Shown: piece by piece, positions 46,057 to 55,685 of the stretch | How positions within the stretch are numbered: position 1 is the first letter of the stretch | Layout of the letters: every line of letters starts with the position of its first letter | Origin: Nitrospinota bacterium | Lineage (GTDB): Bacteria; Nitrospinota_A; UBA7883 | DNA length: 62,369 bases | NCBI GenBank assembly: GCA_016207925.1 | Contig: JACQZB010000130.1 | Span: 1 to 62,369 of the forward strand | Reading direction: 5' to 3' | Notes under the pieces: generated by a model | What the model was told of the DNA's origin: nothing | Seen by the model: only the letters and a program-made list of their open reading frames with translations | The model's database searches: none | Program-made: the position numbers and the translations under genes

Positions 46057-46545
46057 ATGCGCTTTGACATCGTCAACAAGCTTGAAACCGAACTGGAAAA
46101 GCTAAGCTACGAGCTGCGGGTGGAGCTTCCCCGGGAGCTTAAAACCGCCGCGGCGCACGGCGACCTTTCGGAGAACGCCGAGTACGACGCCGCCAAGGAG
46201 CGCAAGCACTTTGTCGAATCGCGCATCGCCCAGCTCCAAAAACGGATCAGCGAAATCCTGTCCATCAACCTCAACGCCATCCCCAAGAACCGTGTGGGGC
46301 TGGGATCGCGGGTGTCGCTGGAGGATATGGATTCGGGTGAAGAGGTGGTGTTCACCTTCGTGTTCCCCGAAGAGGTGGATCCGGACTGCGGCAAGATTTC
46401 GCTGGCCTCGCCGGTGGGCAAGTCGCTGGTGGGCCGGGAAGTGGGGGACGAGGTGCTGGTGGTCACCCCCAAGGGCCGCAAGAAATTCGAGATCGTGGAG
46501 TTGATGACTATCCACGACCAGCGTGACGCCCGCCGCGATAATTAG
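46057..46545 (+). CDS. greA: Transcription elongation factor GreA
   Basis: Contains ..AAAHGDLSENAEYDAAKE.. and a C-terminal ..SLASPVGKSLVGREVGDEV.. motif. Confidence 0.93.
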   Translation: MRFDIVNKLETELEKLSYELRVELPRELKTAAAHGDLSENAEYDAAKERKHFVESRIAQLQKRISEILSINLNAIPKNRVGLGSRVSLEDMDSGEEVVFTFVFPEEVDPDCGKISLASPVGKSLVGREVGDEVLVVTPKGRKKFEIVELMTIHDQRDARRDN

Positions 46546-46546
46546 G

Positions 46547-47437
46547 TTATAGCATGTACGTCAGCAATAATCTGTCTGACACCATTTCAGTTTCAAGTGT
46601 TTTCCCGGCCATCTGGAAGCGACGCAACATCGATCGCCCAACATTGACGAAAATTTCTTCCTCGAAAATATCTTCCGGAGTCGGGAGTTCACAAACCGTT
46701 TCCCCCGACTTTTTTGTGCCATCAATGCTCAACGCAACATGCACTCCCCTGGATTTGCATTTGCGAATTTCCTCGAATAATTCTTCAAGCTGAAACTGTT
46801 GACCACCATAAAGGATGGATTGGCTATGCCGGTAGGGTGGATCACAATAAACCAGATCGCCCTTCCGGGCTTTTCTCATTGCCTCACGATAATCCATTGT
46901 TGAAAATTCGGTGAATTGGATTCGTTTCCTCCATGTATCCACCCGGGACGCGAAACTTTCGGGCGAGATTGGCTCATGGATGCCGCATGGCGTTGACATG
47001 TACCCGTCAGCTTGGCGGAAACGAACCACGCCGCCATAGCAGGCGCGGCATAGAAACAATAAATCGGCGCCATTAGGTGACAGATTGTAAGCGGTTTTGA
47101 TTTTTTGGTATCCCTCCTTTTTCTGCTGTCCGTGAGCGATTTGCCAACGCTCTCGATACCATCCCTTCACACGCTCCGGGTCAGATTTCAATGTGACCCA
47201 TATTTCCATAAGAGGCTTGAAGATATCAGAGGCAAAGGCTTTCCCATTTGGCGCAAGCGTACCCAAAACTGCGCCGCTTCCGAGAAAAGGTTCATGATAA
47301 GAGCCGAATTTTTCCGGAAACGCGCCAACAATTTCATGCGCAAACCTTTGCTTGTTTCCGATCCATTTAAGCATTTGCGCGGTAAACGGAGTGATGTATT
47401 TGTGGGGCGTATCTTGAAACAAAACTTGTTGTGTCAT
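46547..47437 (-). CDS. D12-class N6-adenine DNA methyltransferase (Dam-like, alpha group)
   Basis: Contains KWIGNKQRF, EPFLGSGAV (FxGxG) and VYCDPPY (DPPY). AT-richer than the flanking genes. Confidence 0.9.
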   Translation of the reverse strand: MTQQVLFQDTPHKYITPFTAQMLKWIGNKQRFAHEIVGAFPEKFGSYHEPFLGSGAVLGTLAPNGKAFASDIFKPLMEIWVTLKSDPERVKGWYRERWQIAHGQQKKEGYQKIKTAYNLSPNGADLLFLCRACYGGVVRFRQADGYMSTPCGIHEPISPESFASRVDTWRKRIQFTEFSTMDYREAMRKARKGDLVYCDPPYRHSQSILYGGQQFQLEELFEEIRKCKSRGVHVALSIDGTKKSGETVCELPTPEDIFEEEIFVNVGRSMLRRFQMAGKTLETEMVSDRLLLTYML

Positions 47438-47514
47438 CGAGCTGAAACCCGGCTTTTATTGGTCAAGTCAAAGCATATCCTAAAATGGGATATTAGTCAA
47501 TCAAAGGTATATTA

Positions 47515-47766
47515 ATGCCAATGCGCGTAACTCGTAAAGGCCAAGAAAAAAAAATTCGGGAGCTTCTTCGGAATATCCGTGAAACCGCTGGACTGCGGCA
47601 AGTTGATCTCGCCATGCGCCTGAAAAGGCCGCAATCCTACATTAGCAAGTACGAATCAGGGGAGAAAATTTTAGATCTTTTGGAAGCTAGGGAAGTTTGC
47701 CTTGCAATGGGCATATCCTTTGGTGATTTCGTGCGGCGCATGGAGGAATCGTTCAATGAAAGCTGA
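47515..47766 (+). CDS. XRE-family HTH controller (C) protein of the R-M system
   Basis: 83 aa with ..AGLRQVDLAMRLKRPQSYISKYESGEK... It is divergent from the methylase and overlaps the start of the downstream endonuclease candidate. Confidence 0.75.
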   Translation: MPMRVTRKGQEKKIRELLRNIRETAGLRQVDLAMRLKRPQSYISKYESGEKILDLLEAREVCLAMGISFGDFVRRMEESFNES

Positions 47767-48616
47767 TCCTCTTTTTGCGAATTTGCCAAAGCCGTTTTGG
47801 GCGGCCGTTAGAAGCGTGAGCCAGGAAACCGGATACACTATACGAAGAAAAAACCAGATCAAAATACCGTCCATAAAAGAGATCCGAAACGCTTTCGACC
47901 ATTTGCAATTGGACGGGGAGCGCATTGGCAACGAGAAAACTCCCACAGAGTTTGCAAATAATTTGCTACATTATTTTGAGCGGCGCGCCACGATTCTAAA
48001 TACATTTGTCGAACCCCGTCTTATGGATGTAAAAAGGGCGAAATCGGTCTTTAACTCCCTCAAGAAAGAGTATAAACCTACCTGCCCTTTGCCGATGAAT
48101 AAACAGAAAAAGGCGAAAAAAACTCCCGCGTATTTTACCGGGATTATCAACATGATCGTTGAAGCCAACGCCAAAGAATATGCTTGTGACTTCGCGCCCG
48201 CGAAGTTGACGACCTTCACAAAGGATGGAATTCCTCTGCGGACGCTGGCGCGGAGGATGGATGGCGCGTTTCCTGCCCACATTAATCCTGTAGCCATTTG
48301 GGAAGTCAAAGAATACTATTACACCACCACATTTGGCAGCCGTGTCGCCGATGGTGTGTACGAAACGTTACTTGACGGAATGGAATTGGCTGAGTTGCAG
48401 GAGCATGAGAAAATAAAGGCGCTCCATTACCTTATGCTTGACGCTCACTACACATGGTGGAAATGCGGTAAATCATACCTTTGCCGAATTTTCGATATGC
48501 TGCATATGGGATATACGGATGAAGTGTTATTCGGTTACGAAGTGGTTGAGCGATTACCTGGCATAGTGAAAACTTGGGTTGACATTGCGAATCAACAAGC
48601 GAGCCGTTCTTCTTAA
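47756..48616 (+). CDS. Candidate type II restriction endonuclease
   Basis: The call rests on position (M / C-R arrangement) and a possible D...ExK core (..DGAFPAHINPVAIWEVKEYY..). The family is not recognised. Confidence 0.55.
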   Translation: MKADPLFANLPKPFWAAVRSVSQETGYTIRRKNQIKIPSIKEIRNAFDHLQLDGERIGNEKTPTEFANNLLHYFERRATILNTFVEPRLMDVKRAKSVFNSLKKEYKPTCPLPMNKQKKAKKTPAYFTGIINMIVEANAKEYACDFAPAKLTTFTKDGIPLRTLARRMDGAFPAHINPVAIWEVKEYYYTTTFGSRVADGVYETLLDGMELAELQEHEKIKALHYLMLDAHYTWWKCGKSYLCRIFDMLHMGYTDEVLFGYEVVERLPGIVKTWVDIANQQASRSS

Positions 48617-48647
48617 ACGTGGCCCATTAACACTACAATTGTCCCCC

Positions 48648-49688
48648 ATGAACGAGAAAATCACCTACAAAACTTCCGGGGTGGATATTGACGCGGGGGC
48701 GGAAAGCCTGAACCGCATCAAGGCCGCCGCGCGCTCCACCCACAACCCTTCCGTACTCACGGGTCTGGGCACGTTCGGCAGCCTGTTCGATCTGGGGCCG
48801 GCGCTAAAAAACTACCGCGAGCCGGTAATGGTGCAAAGCGTGGATGGCGTGGGCACCAAGTTGATGGTGGCCGCCATGGCCGACAAGCACGACACGGTGG
48901 GCGCCGACCTGGTCAACCACAGCCTGAACGACATTCTGTGCCAAGGGGCCAAGGGGATAACCTTCCTGGACTACATCGCCGTCGAAAAACTGGCGCCGGA
49001 GCATATCGAGCAGCTTGTCACGGGCATGGCTTCCGCCTGCCGCGCCGCGGGCCTTGCGCTGGTCGGCGGGGAAACGGCGGAACTGCCCGGCGTGTATGTG
49101 AGGGGCGAGTACGACCTGGCCGGCCTCATCACCGGCGTGGTGGAAAAATCGAAAATCATCACCGGCGCCACTATCGCACCCGGCGACGTGATCCTGGGCC
49201 TGGCCTCCAGCGGGCTGCACACCAACGGCTACACCATGGCCCGCAAAGTGTTCTTCGACCGGCTTAAGATGAAAGTGGACACCCACGTTCCCGAACTTGG
49301 ACGCACGGTGGGCGAGGAACTGCTGGCGCCGCACCGCGACTACTCGCGCGTGTTATGGCCGCTTTTGCAAACGTATCCGGTAAAGGGACTGGCGCACATC
49401 ACCGGCGGCGGGCTGATAGACAACCTGCCGCGCATCCTGCCCTCGAAGGTGGACGCGAAGATCAATATAAGCGCGTGGGAAGTTCCGCCGGTGTTCCGCA
49501 TTATCGCGCAGACTTCCGGCGCGCCGGAGCGGGAGATGTTCCGCGCGTTCAACATGGGTATCGGCATGGTGATCGTCATCGAGGGCGCTCACGCAACCGC
49601 CTTGACCCATGACCTTTGCGCGGGGGGCGAAAAGGTGTTCGCCCTGGGCGAGATCGTTCCCGGAACGGGAGTTACGCGGCTGGTTTAA
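48648..49688 (+). CDS. purM: Phosphoribosylformylglycinamidine cyclo-ligase (AIR synthetase)
   Basis: Contains TYKTSGVDIDAG, VDGVGTK and GGETAE. The start is at ATG 48648. Confidence 0.95.
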   Translation: MNEKITYKTSGVDIDAGAESLNRIKAAARSTHNPSVLTGLGTFGSLFDLGPALKNYREPVMVQSVDGVGTKLMVAAMADKHDTVGADLVNHSLNDILCQGAKGITFLDYIAVEKLAPEHIEQLVTGMASACRAAGLALVGGETAELPGVYVRGEYDLAGLITGVVEKSKIITGATIAPGDVILGLASSGLHTNGYTMARKVFFDRLKMKVDTHVPELGRTVGEELLAPHRDYSRVLWPLLQTYPVKGLAHITGGGLIDNLPRILPSKVDAKINISAWEVPPVFRIIAQTSGAPEREMFRAFNMGIGMVIVIEGAHATALTHDLCAGGEKVFALGEIVPGTGVTRLV

Positions 49689-50287
49689 TCGGCGCGGACG
49701 GTTTTTTGGACGGTTCCCTTCATCAAGTCGCGGAAGAACTGGATCATTTCCGGGTCGTCCCATTCCCGCGCGCCGTCCGCCTTGGCTTCCACATACCCCT
49801 CCGGCGAGACGACCACGGTGAAGGGGATGCTCGTCACGCCGTAACTGGCGGCCACTTCGCCTTTGCCGTCGAGCAGGACGGGAAAATCCAGCCCCTTGCT
49901 CGCGGCGAACTCGCGCACGGCGTCCGGGCCGTTGGTGTCAATACTCACGGCGAGCACCTTGAGGTTTTCTTTTTTCATCAGGCGGTAGAAGTTGTTCAGG
50001 GAGGGCATCTCCACCACGCACGGCCCGCACCAAGTAGCCCAGAAGTTGACGAACACCCACGAGCCACGCAGTTTGGACAGCGTGATTTTTTTGCCGTCCG
50101 GCGTGGACAGGGTAAAATCGGGCGCCAGAACCTTCGCCTGGCCCGGCGTGGCCGAGGCCTCGCTTTCGGAGTCATGGCTTGTAATATCCGGTCCGGCGAC
50201 GATGGCGTACAACGCCAGCGCGATGGCCAGCGCGGCGGGCCAGTTGCGACGGACCATGCCGTGCGCGGATTGACGATTCGTATTCAT
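49685..50287 (-). CDS. TlpA/ResA-like periplasmic thiol:disulfide oxidoreductase
   Basis: Membrane anchor or signal peptide, then FWATWCGPC (the CxxC motif). Confidence 0.85.
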   Translation of the reverse strand: MNTNRQSAHGMVRRNWPAALAIALALYAIVAGPDITSHDSESEASATPGQAKVLAPDFTLSTPDGKKITLSKLRGSWVFVNFWATWCGPCVVEMPSLNNFYRLMKKENLKVLAVSIDTNGPDAVREFAASKGLDFPVLLDGKGEVAASYGVTSIPFTVVVSPEGYVEAKADGAREWDDPEMIQFFRDLMKGTVQKTVRAD

Positions 50288-50335
50288 TCTTCCATTTCAC
50301 CAGTGATTGGAGAAAAACGCAAGTTTTCCGTGCTT

Positions 50336-50478
50336 ACAGTAGTGTCTCAATTTGAAATTTGAACCGCAAGGCCCTTCGCTCCGCTCAGGGCGGCGGTAAA
50401 GGCATCTCACGCTTATTGTTGAAGTCCTGAGGCAAAGCCGAAGGACCTTGCCGCACGCTTTTCCAAAAATAATTCAAA
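50336..50478 (-). repeat. 143-bp dispersed repeat, copy B (inverted relative to copy A at 12631-12773)
   Basis: 136/143 identity to the reverse complement of copy A by manual alignment. Confidence 0.9.
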
Positions 50479-50521
50479 TCCGAAATATTATACCTAATTA
50501 ACATATAATTTAATCAAATTA

Positions 50522-51139
50522 ATGTCCAAACAGGTGGTAGGGTGGAAGGGCACTCCCGCGTATTGGGAGAAGCTTGTGGAAATCTACACCGCCCGTTGCG
50601 CGCTTGACCGCAATTCTTACTATTACATTCCATTAGCCGACGCCTTGGCGAGCCTTGGCAAAGTGGATGAAGCCATCGAGGCATTGGAACTGGGGGTGGC
50701 CTTGACCACGCCCCGGCGCGCGGCGATGGTGCTGTTGGCCCAGTTGTACTACGACAAGGGCGATAAAGATAAAGCGCGGCGTATTTTGATCCCGCTGGTG
50801 GAACGCTGGCCGGACGTGTGCGCCGGCGTGGTGTTGTTGTGCAAACTGTACGAGCAGGAAGGGAAGCACATCGAAGCTGACAACCTTGCCCGCCGGTTGG
50901 AACACCACTACCCCAATTCGCGCTATGTGCATTCGCTGGTGGAACGTTACGACCGGTTGGCGCGCGAAGCGTTGATCCGCCAGGCGGTCGAGCGCGATGA
51001 GCGGCAGCGGGCGCATCACACCCACGCGGCGGCGCGGCGCAACCCGGCGCGGCGCGCCCCCGACGGCAGGCAGGAGCAGCTTTTCGCGCTGGAGTCCATG
51101 CTTTCAAATATCGGCAAACTCCGGGACGGGGAGGATTGA
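50522..51139 (+). CDS. TPR-repeat protein
   Basis: Helical repeats with a TPR-like pattern (..LADALASLGKVDEAIEALELGV.., ..LAQLYYDKGDKDKARRIL..). Confidence 0.65.
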   Translation: MSKQVVGWKGTPAYWEKLVEIYTARCALDRNSYYYIPLADALASLGKVDEAIEALELGVALTTPRRAAMVLLAQLYYDKGDKDKARRILIPLVERWPDVCAGVVLLCKLYEQEGKHIEADNLARRLEHHYPNSRYVHSLVERYDRLAREALIRQAVERDERQRAHHTHAAARRNPARRAPDGRQEQLFALESMLSNIGKLRDGED

Positions 51140-51142
51140 CGG

Positions 51143-51589
51143 ATGGCGCGTCTTCTGGTGATACACGGGCCTAACATCAACCTGCTGGGCAAGCGGGAAC
51201 GGGAGGTGTATGGTGACACGGGGTTTGAGGCGCTCAATGACGCCATCGCCCGGCGGGCCGCCGACCGGGGGCTCGCGCTCACCATCCGGCAAAGCAACCA
51301 CGAGGGCGAACTGGTGGACATCATCCAGGGCGCGGCGGGCGCGGCGGACGTGATCGTGATCAACGCCGGGGCCTTCACCCATACCAGCGTGGCGATCCGG
51401 GACGCGCTGGCGGCGGTGGATATCCCCTTCGTGGAAATCCACATGTCCAACGTGTACAAGCGTGAAGAGTTCCGCCATCATTCCTACCTTTCCGCGCTGG
51501 CCTCCGGGATCGTGGTGGGCTTCGGGACGGATGGCTACCTGCTGGCCGTGGACGGGGCGGCGATGCTGGCCGCCCGGCGGGGCGAATGA
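51143..51589 (+). CDS. aroQ: Type II 3-dehydroquinate dehydratase
   Basis: Contains [40 protein letters not shown] and EIHMSN. Confidence 0.95.
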   Translation: MARLLVIHGPNINLLGKREREVYGDTGFEALNDAIARRAADRGLALTIRQSNHEGELVDIIQGAAGAADVIVINAGAFTHTSVAIRDALAAVDIPFVEIHMSNVYKREEFRHHSYLSALASGIVVGFGTDGYLLAVDGAAMLAARRGE

Positions 51590-52695
51590 TTCTGGGCGAT
51601 CCCGCCGCCGCGGCGCCCTACCATGCCGCGCGGCGCGCGCGGGTAATGCGCGAGATCGCCTCGCGCCCGTTCGACGCGCTGCTGGTCACTTCCCTGGTCA
51701 ACACGCGCTACCTTTCCGGCTTTTCGGGCAGTTCCGCGGTGGCGCTGTTGACCGCCGGCGGCGCGTGGTTTCTCACCGATTTCCGTTACCTTGAGCAGGC
51801 GGCGCGCGAGGCGCCGGGCATGGCGCTGGAGCGTGTCAATGATCTGGCCGAAGGGCTGGGCGGACTGCTTGCGCGGCTGGAGGTCCGCACGCTGGGGTTC
51901 GAGGCGGAGCATGTGAGCGTGGCGAAGCTGGCCAAACTGCGCCAGGGCTGCCCCAATGTTGAATTTGTTCCTACCGAAAAAATAGTCGAAACCCAGCGCC
52001 TGATCAAGGACGAGGCGGAAATCGGGACGCTCCGGGCGCTGGTGGCCATGCTTGAAACGGCGATGCCCGCCGCGCGGGAGTTGATCCGGCCCGGCGCCGT
52101 GGAGCGCGACGTGGCGGTGGAACTGGAATACCGGCTGCGCGCCTTGGGGGGCGACGGGCCGGCGTTCGACTTCATCGTCGCGTCCGGCGCGCGCGCGGCT
52201 TTGCCGCATGGGGTGGCTTCCTCCAAGGCCATCGAACCGGGCGAGGTGGTGACGCTCGATTGGGGCGTCAAAGGCTGGGGCTATTACACTGACACTACCC
52301 GGACCTTCACCATCGGCGCGGTGGAACCCCGGATGCAGGAGGTTCTGCGGGTGGTTAACGAGGCCAACCTCGCCGCGCTGGACGCGGTCCGCCCCGGAGC
52401 GGAGCTTCGCGCCATTGACGCCGCCGCGCGGGACCTGATAAAGGCGGCGGGCTATGGGGATCAGTTCGGCCACGGCACGGGGCATGGCGTGGGGATGGTG
52501 ATTCACGAGGAACCCAGGGTGTCGTACATCTCCACGGGGGTGGCGGAGCCGGGCATGGTGTTCACCATCGAGCCAGGTATTTACCTTCCCGGAATTGGCG
52601 GGGCGCGGGTGGAGGACATGGCGCTGGTAACTGGCAATGGCCTGGAAATCCTGACCCGTGGCCTGTCCAAGGACCCTTTGTGGCTTGCGCGGTAG
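51586..52695 (+). CDS. pepP: Xaa-Pro aminopeptidase (M24B)
   Basis: Creatinase-like N-terminal domain, then ..DFIVASG.., [13 protein letters not shown] and VEDM. Confidence 0.9.
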   Translation: MILGDPAAAAPYHAARRARVMREIASRPFDALLVTSLVNTRYLSGFSGSSAVALLTAGGAWFLTDFRYLEQAAREAPGMALERVNDLAEGLGGLLARLEVRTLGFEAEHVSVAKLAKLRQGCPNVEFVPTEKIVETQRLIKDEAEIGTLRALVAMLETAMPAARELIRPGAVERDVAVELEYRLRALGGDGPAFDFIVASGARAALPHGVASSKAIEPGEVVTLDWGVKGWGYYTDTTRTFTIGAVEPRMQEVLRVVNEANLAALDAVRPGAELRAIDAAARDLIKAAGYGDQFGHGTGHGVGMVIHEEPRVSYISTGVAEPGMVFTIEPGIYLPGIGGARVEDMALVTGNGLEILTRGLSKDPLWLAR

Positions 52696-52822
52696 GGCCG
52701 TCCCCCGCGCCCCGCATAACGCCTATTAATTGAGGGGAAAACGGGCGCCAATATGTTACAATCCGTTTGTTTAAACTGGATGTCAAAACCATAGCCCTCG
52801 CTCAACTCTGGGGGAGAACGGC

Positions 52823-55624
52823 GTGTCACCCAATGGCCGCAAGGAACTGATCGAGACGCTCGGCGAGATCGGGGGCATTCTTTCCGCGCTCTCGCCGGAC
52901 CTTACTGACAAGAAAGCCATCTCCGACATCATGCTGGCGTTGGAGAAGGTGCTCCCCGAAGTCCGCGCCGCGTTCAACGGCAAATTGGCCTGGATGTGCG
53001 AGACCCTGGCGCAGCTCTTCGAAAAGTTGCTGATGGAAATGGTGGAGGACGGCGCCGCGGGCATCGAAAGCGGACGCGAGGGGGTGAAGGTTTTCCAGGA
53101 GGCGTTTTCCGGAAAAGGGGACATGGCCGCGCTGGAGGCGCGCGCGGTGGAGGTCGTCCGCGTCATCAAGGACGCCTACCAAGTGTGCGCCGCCGGATTC
53201 GATCCGTGCTCGGTCCCCACGCCAGCCTCCGCGGCGGGTAGCGGCGAAGACGACTTTTTCGCCTCGCTGGACGCGCAGCCCCCCCACCAGCCGTACACTG
53301 ACGAGAATGGCGGCGGCGCCGCTCCGCCCAACCCGGTGGCGGAAAAGCTTTCCCGCATCGCCAACGATGTGACCATGCTCGACGCGGACATGACGGACAA
53401 AAAATCCGTCTCCGACATCATGATGGAGTTCGAGCAGGTGCACGGCGCCATGCTGGCGGAAAAAAAGGAGCGCTCCATCGCCGACGTGGCGGGCGCGTTG
53501 GGCAAGCTGTACGAAAAAAGCCTGATGGAAGGCCTCGCCGACGGCCAGAGGGCCATTGACCTGACCACCGACGGGATCATGATCCTGTCGGCCTGTTACG
53601 AGCCGGTCTATCCGGAAGACCTGGCCGATCAGGCGCGCGGCGTGCTCCGCAAGCTCGCGGAGTTGTTCGGCGCCGCCCCGCCGGAGGCTCCGCAGGTGAC
53701 CATCGGCGTTCCCGTGCCGGAGAAGGGCCAGGCCGCCGCGCCGCCTCCGGCGCCCCAACCGGCCGCCGCGTCCAAGGGGCCGCGCGCCGCGGTGACGCCA
53801 ATGGCGCCTGAAATCCTCAAGATCGCCAGCGACGAGGATCTGCTGATCTACACCGAATTTGTCACCGAAGTGGGCGACGCCACGCAGAACATCGAAGCCG
53901 ACCTTTTGGAGTTGGAAGGCGACCCCACCGACGCGGAGATCATCAACAACCTGTTCCGCGCCTACCATAGCATGAAGGGCGCCGCGGGGTTTTTGGGCGT
54001 CAACACCATCAATGTCATCTGCCACGAGGCGGAAACCCTGCTCGACCGGTTCCGCAAAAAGACGCTGGTATGCAACCAGGAGATGATTGACGCCTTGTTG
54101 CGCGCGGTGGACGTGGTCAAGGCGGTCAACGAAGGGCTGTCCGTCAACTGCCAGAAGGCCAAGGCGGGAATGCCCAACGCGAACCTGGAAATCCCCAAGT
54201 TCGCCATCGAGGGGCTGGTGGCCGTGCTCTCCGATCTGGCGGAACGGCCGCAGGCCGAACCGGGCGAAGAGGAAGAACGCGAACTGCCCGCGCTCGGCGA
54301 AATGCTGGTGCGCGAGGGCAAAGTGAGCGAAGAGGACCTGGCGATGGCCCTGCAGGCGCAGGAGAAGCGCAAGCTGGGCGAAATCCTTGTGGACATGGGC
54401 GCGGTGGACAAGGACACCGTGGAAGGCGCGCTGGCCCGGCAGGAAGACAAGAAAAAGAAGGTCAGCGCCACCTCGCTGAAGATAGACACGGAGAAGCTTG
54501 ACACGCTCCTGGAACTGGTAGGCGAACTGGTGATAAGCCAGTCCATCGTCACGCAGGAGTCGTACACGCTCGAAGAGGCCAACCGCGGCCTGTTCAAGAA
54601 CATCATCAACCTGAGCAAGATCACCAAGAACATCCAGGACCAGGTGCTGACGCTGCGGATGGTGCAGCTTAAGCAGACGTTCCAGAAAATGAGCCGGCTG
54701 GTGCGCGACCTGTCCAAGAAGGTGAAAAAGCCGGCCAACCTGCATCTGTCCGGCGAGGACACGGAAATAGACAAAACGCTCATCGAGGAGCTTAACGATC
54801 CGCTCGTCCACCTGCTGCGCAACTCCATGGACCATGGCATCGAGCCGCCGGAGGAGCGGGAGGCCAAGGGCAAATCGCGGACCGGCGACATCTGGCTGGT
54901 GGCGTACCACCGCGGCGGCAACGTGCATATCGAGGTGCGCGACGACGGCAAGGGGCTTGACCGGGAAAAAGTCCGCAAGAAGGCTCTTGAAAAAGGCCTG
55001 ATCACCGCCGAGCAGGAATTGACCGATGCGGAGATATACAACCTGATCCTGCTGCCGGGCTTCAGCACGCACGACGTGGCCACGGAAATTTCGGGCCGGG
55101 GCGTGGGGATGGATGTGGTCCGGTCCAACATAGACCGCCTGGGCGGAAGGCTGGAGATCAACTCGGTGGCCGGGCGCGGCTCAACGTTCACCATCCGCCT
55201 GCCGCTGACCATGGCGATCGTGGACGGCATGATCGTGCGTATCGGGCACGACCGGTTCGTGATCCCCACCATTTCCATCCGCGAATCCATCCGTCCGCGG
55301 CGGGAGGAGATTTCCACCTTCCGCAAGCAGGGGGAGATGCTCGACGTGCGCGGCAAGCTGTTGCCGCTGATCCGGCTGCATGAGTTTTTGGGCGTCGAGG
55401 ACGCCGAACACCACAACCCCTGGGAGGGGCTGGTGATCATCGTGGAGAGCGACGACAAAGAGTTCGGCTTCATGGTGGACGACCTATTGGGCCAGCAGCA
55501 AGTGGTGATCAAGAGCCTTGACCGGCGATTCAAGGGGCTGCCGGGCATCTCCGGCGGGACGATACTCGGCGACGGGCACGTGGGGCTGATACTTGACGTA
55601 AGCGGCGTGGTGGCCGCCATCTGA
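52823..55624 (+). CDS. cheA: CheA-type histidine kinase with a long duplicated N-terminal extension
   Basis: The Hpt domain has ..LFRAYHSMKGAAGFLG... A tandem LGE(M/I)LV motif follows. The dimerisation/HATPase part has HLLRNSMDHGIE, DDGKGLD and GRGVGMD. The C-terminus is CheW-like. The start is GTG. Confidence 0.9.
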   Translation: MSPNGRKELIETLGEIGGILSALSPDLTDKKAISDIMLALEKVLPEVRAAFNGKLAWMCETLAQLFEKLLMEMVEDGAAGIESGREGVKVFQEAFSGKGDMAALEARAVEVVRVIKDAYQVCAAGFDPCSVPTPASAAGSGEDDFFASLDAQPPHQPYTDENGGGAAPPNPVAEKLSRIANDVTMLDADMTDKKSVSDIMMEFEQVHGAMLAEKKERSIADVAGALGKLYEKSLMEGLADGQRAIDLTTDGIMILSACYEPVYPEDLADQARGVLRKLAELFGAAPPEAPQVTIGVPVPEKGQAAAPPPAPQPAAASKGPRAAVTPMAPEILKIASDEDLLIYTEFVTEVGDATQNIEADLLELEGDPTDAEIINNLFRAYHSMKGAAGFLGVNTINVICHEAETLLDRFRKKTLVCNQEMIDALLRAVDVVKAVNEGLSVNCQKAKAGMPNANLEIPKFAIEGLVAVLSDLAERPQAEPGEEEERELPALGEMLVREGKVSEEDLAMALQAQEKRKLGEILVDMGAVDKDTVEGALARQEDKKKKVSATSLKIDTEKLDTLLELVGELVISQSIVTQESYTLEEANRGLFKNIINLSKITKNIQDQVLTLRMVQLKQTFQKMSRLVRDLSKKVKKPANLHLSGEDTEIDKTLIEELNDPLVHLLRNSMDHGIEPPEEREAKGKSRTGDIWLVAYHRGGNVHIEVRDDGKGLDREKVRKKALEKGLITAEQELTDAEIYNLILLPGFSTHDVATEISGRGVGMDVVRSNIDRLGGRLEINSVAGRGSTFTIRLPLTMAIVDGMIVRIGHDRFVIPTISIRESIRPRREEISTFRKQGEMLDVRGKLLPLIRLHEFLGVEDAEHHNPWEGLVIIVESDDKEFGFMVDDLLGQQQVVIKSLDRRFKGLPGISGGTILGDGHVGLILDVSGVVAAI

Positions 55625-55685
55625 CGGCCCGGCGGGGAAAAATGATAAGATTGACCACGCCGCCTGAAGCATAAGGAGCGGGGCG

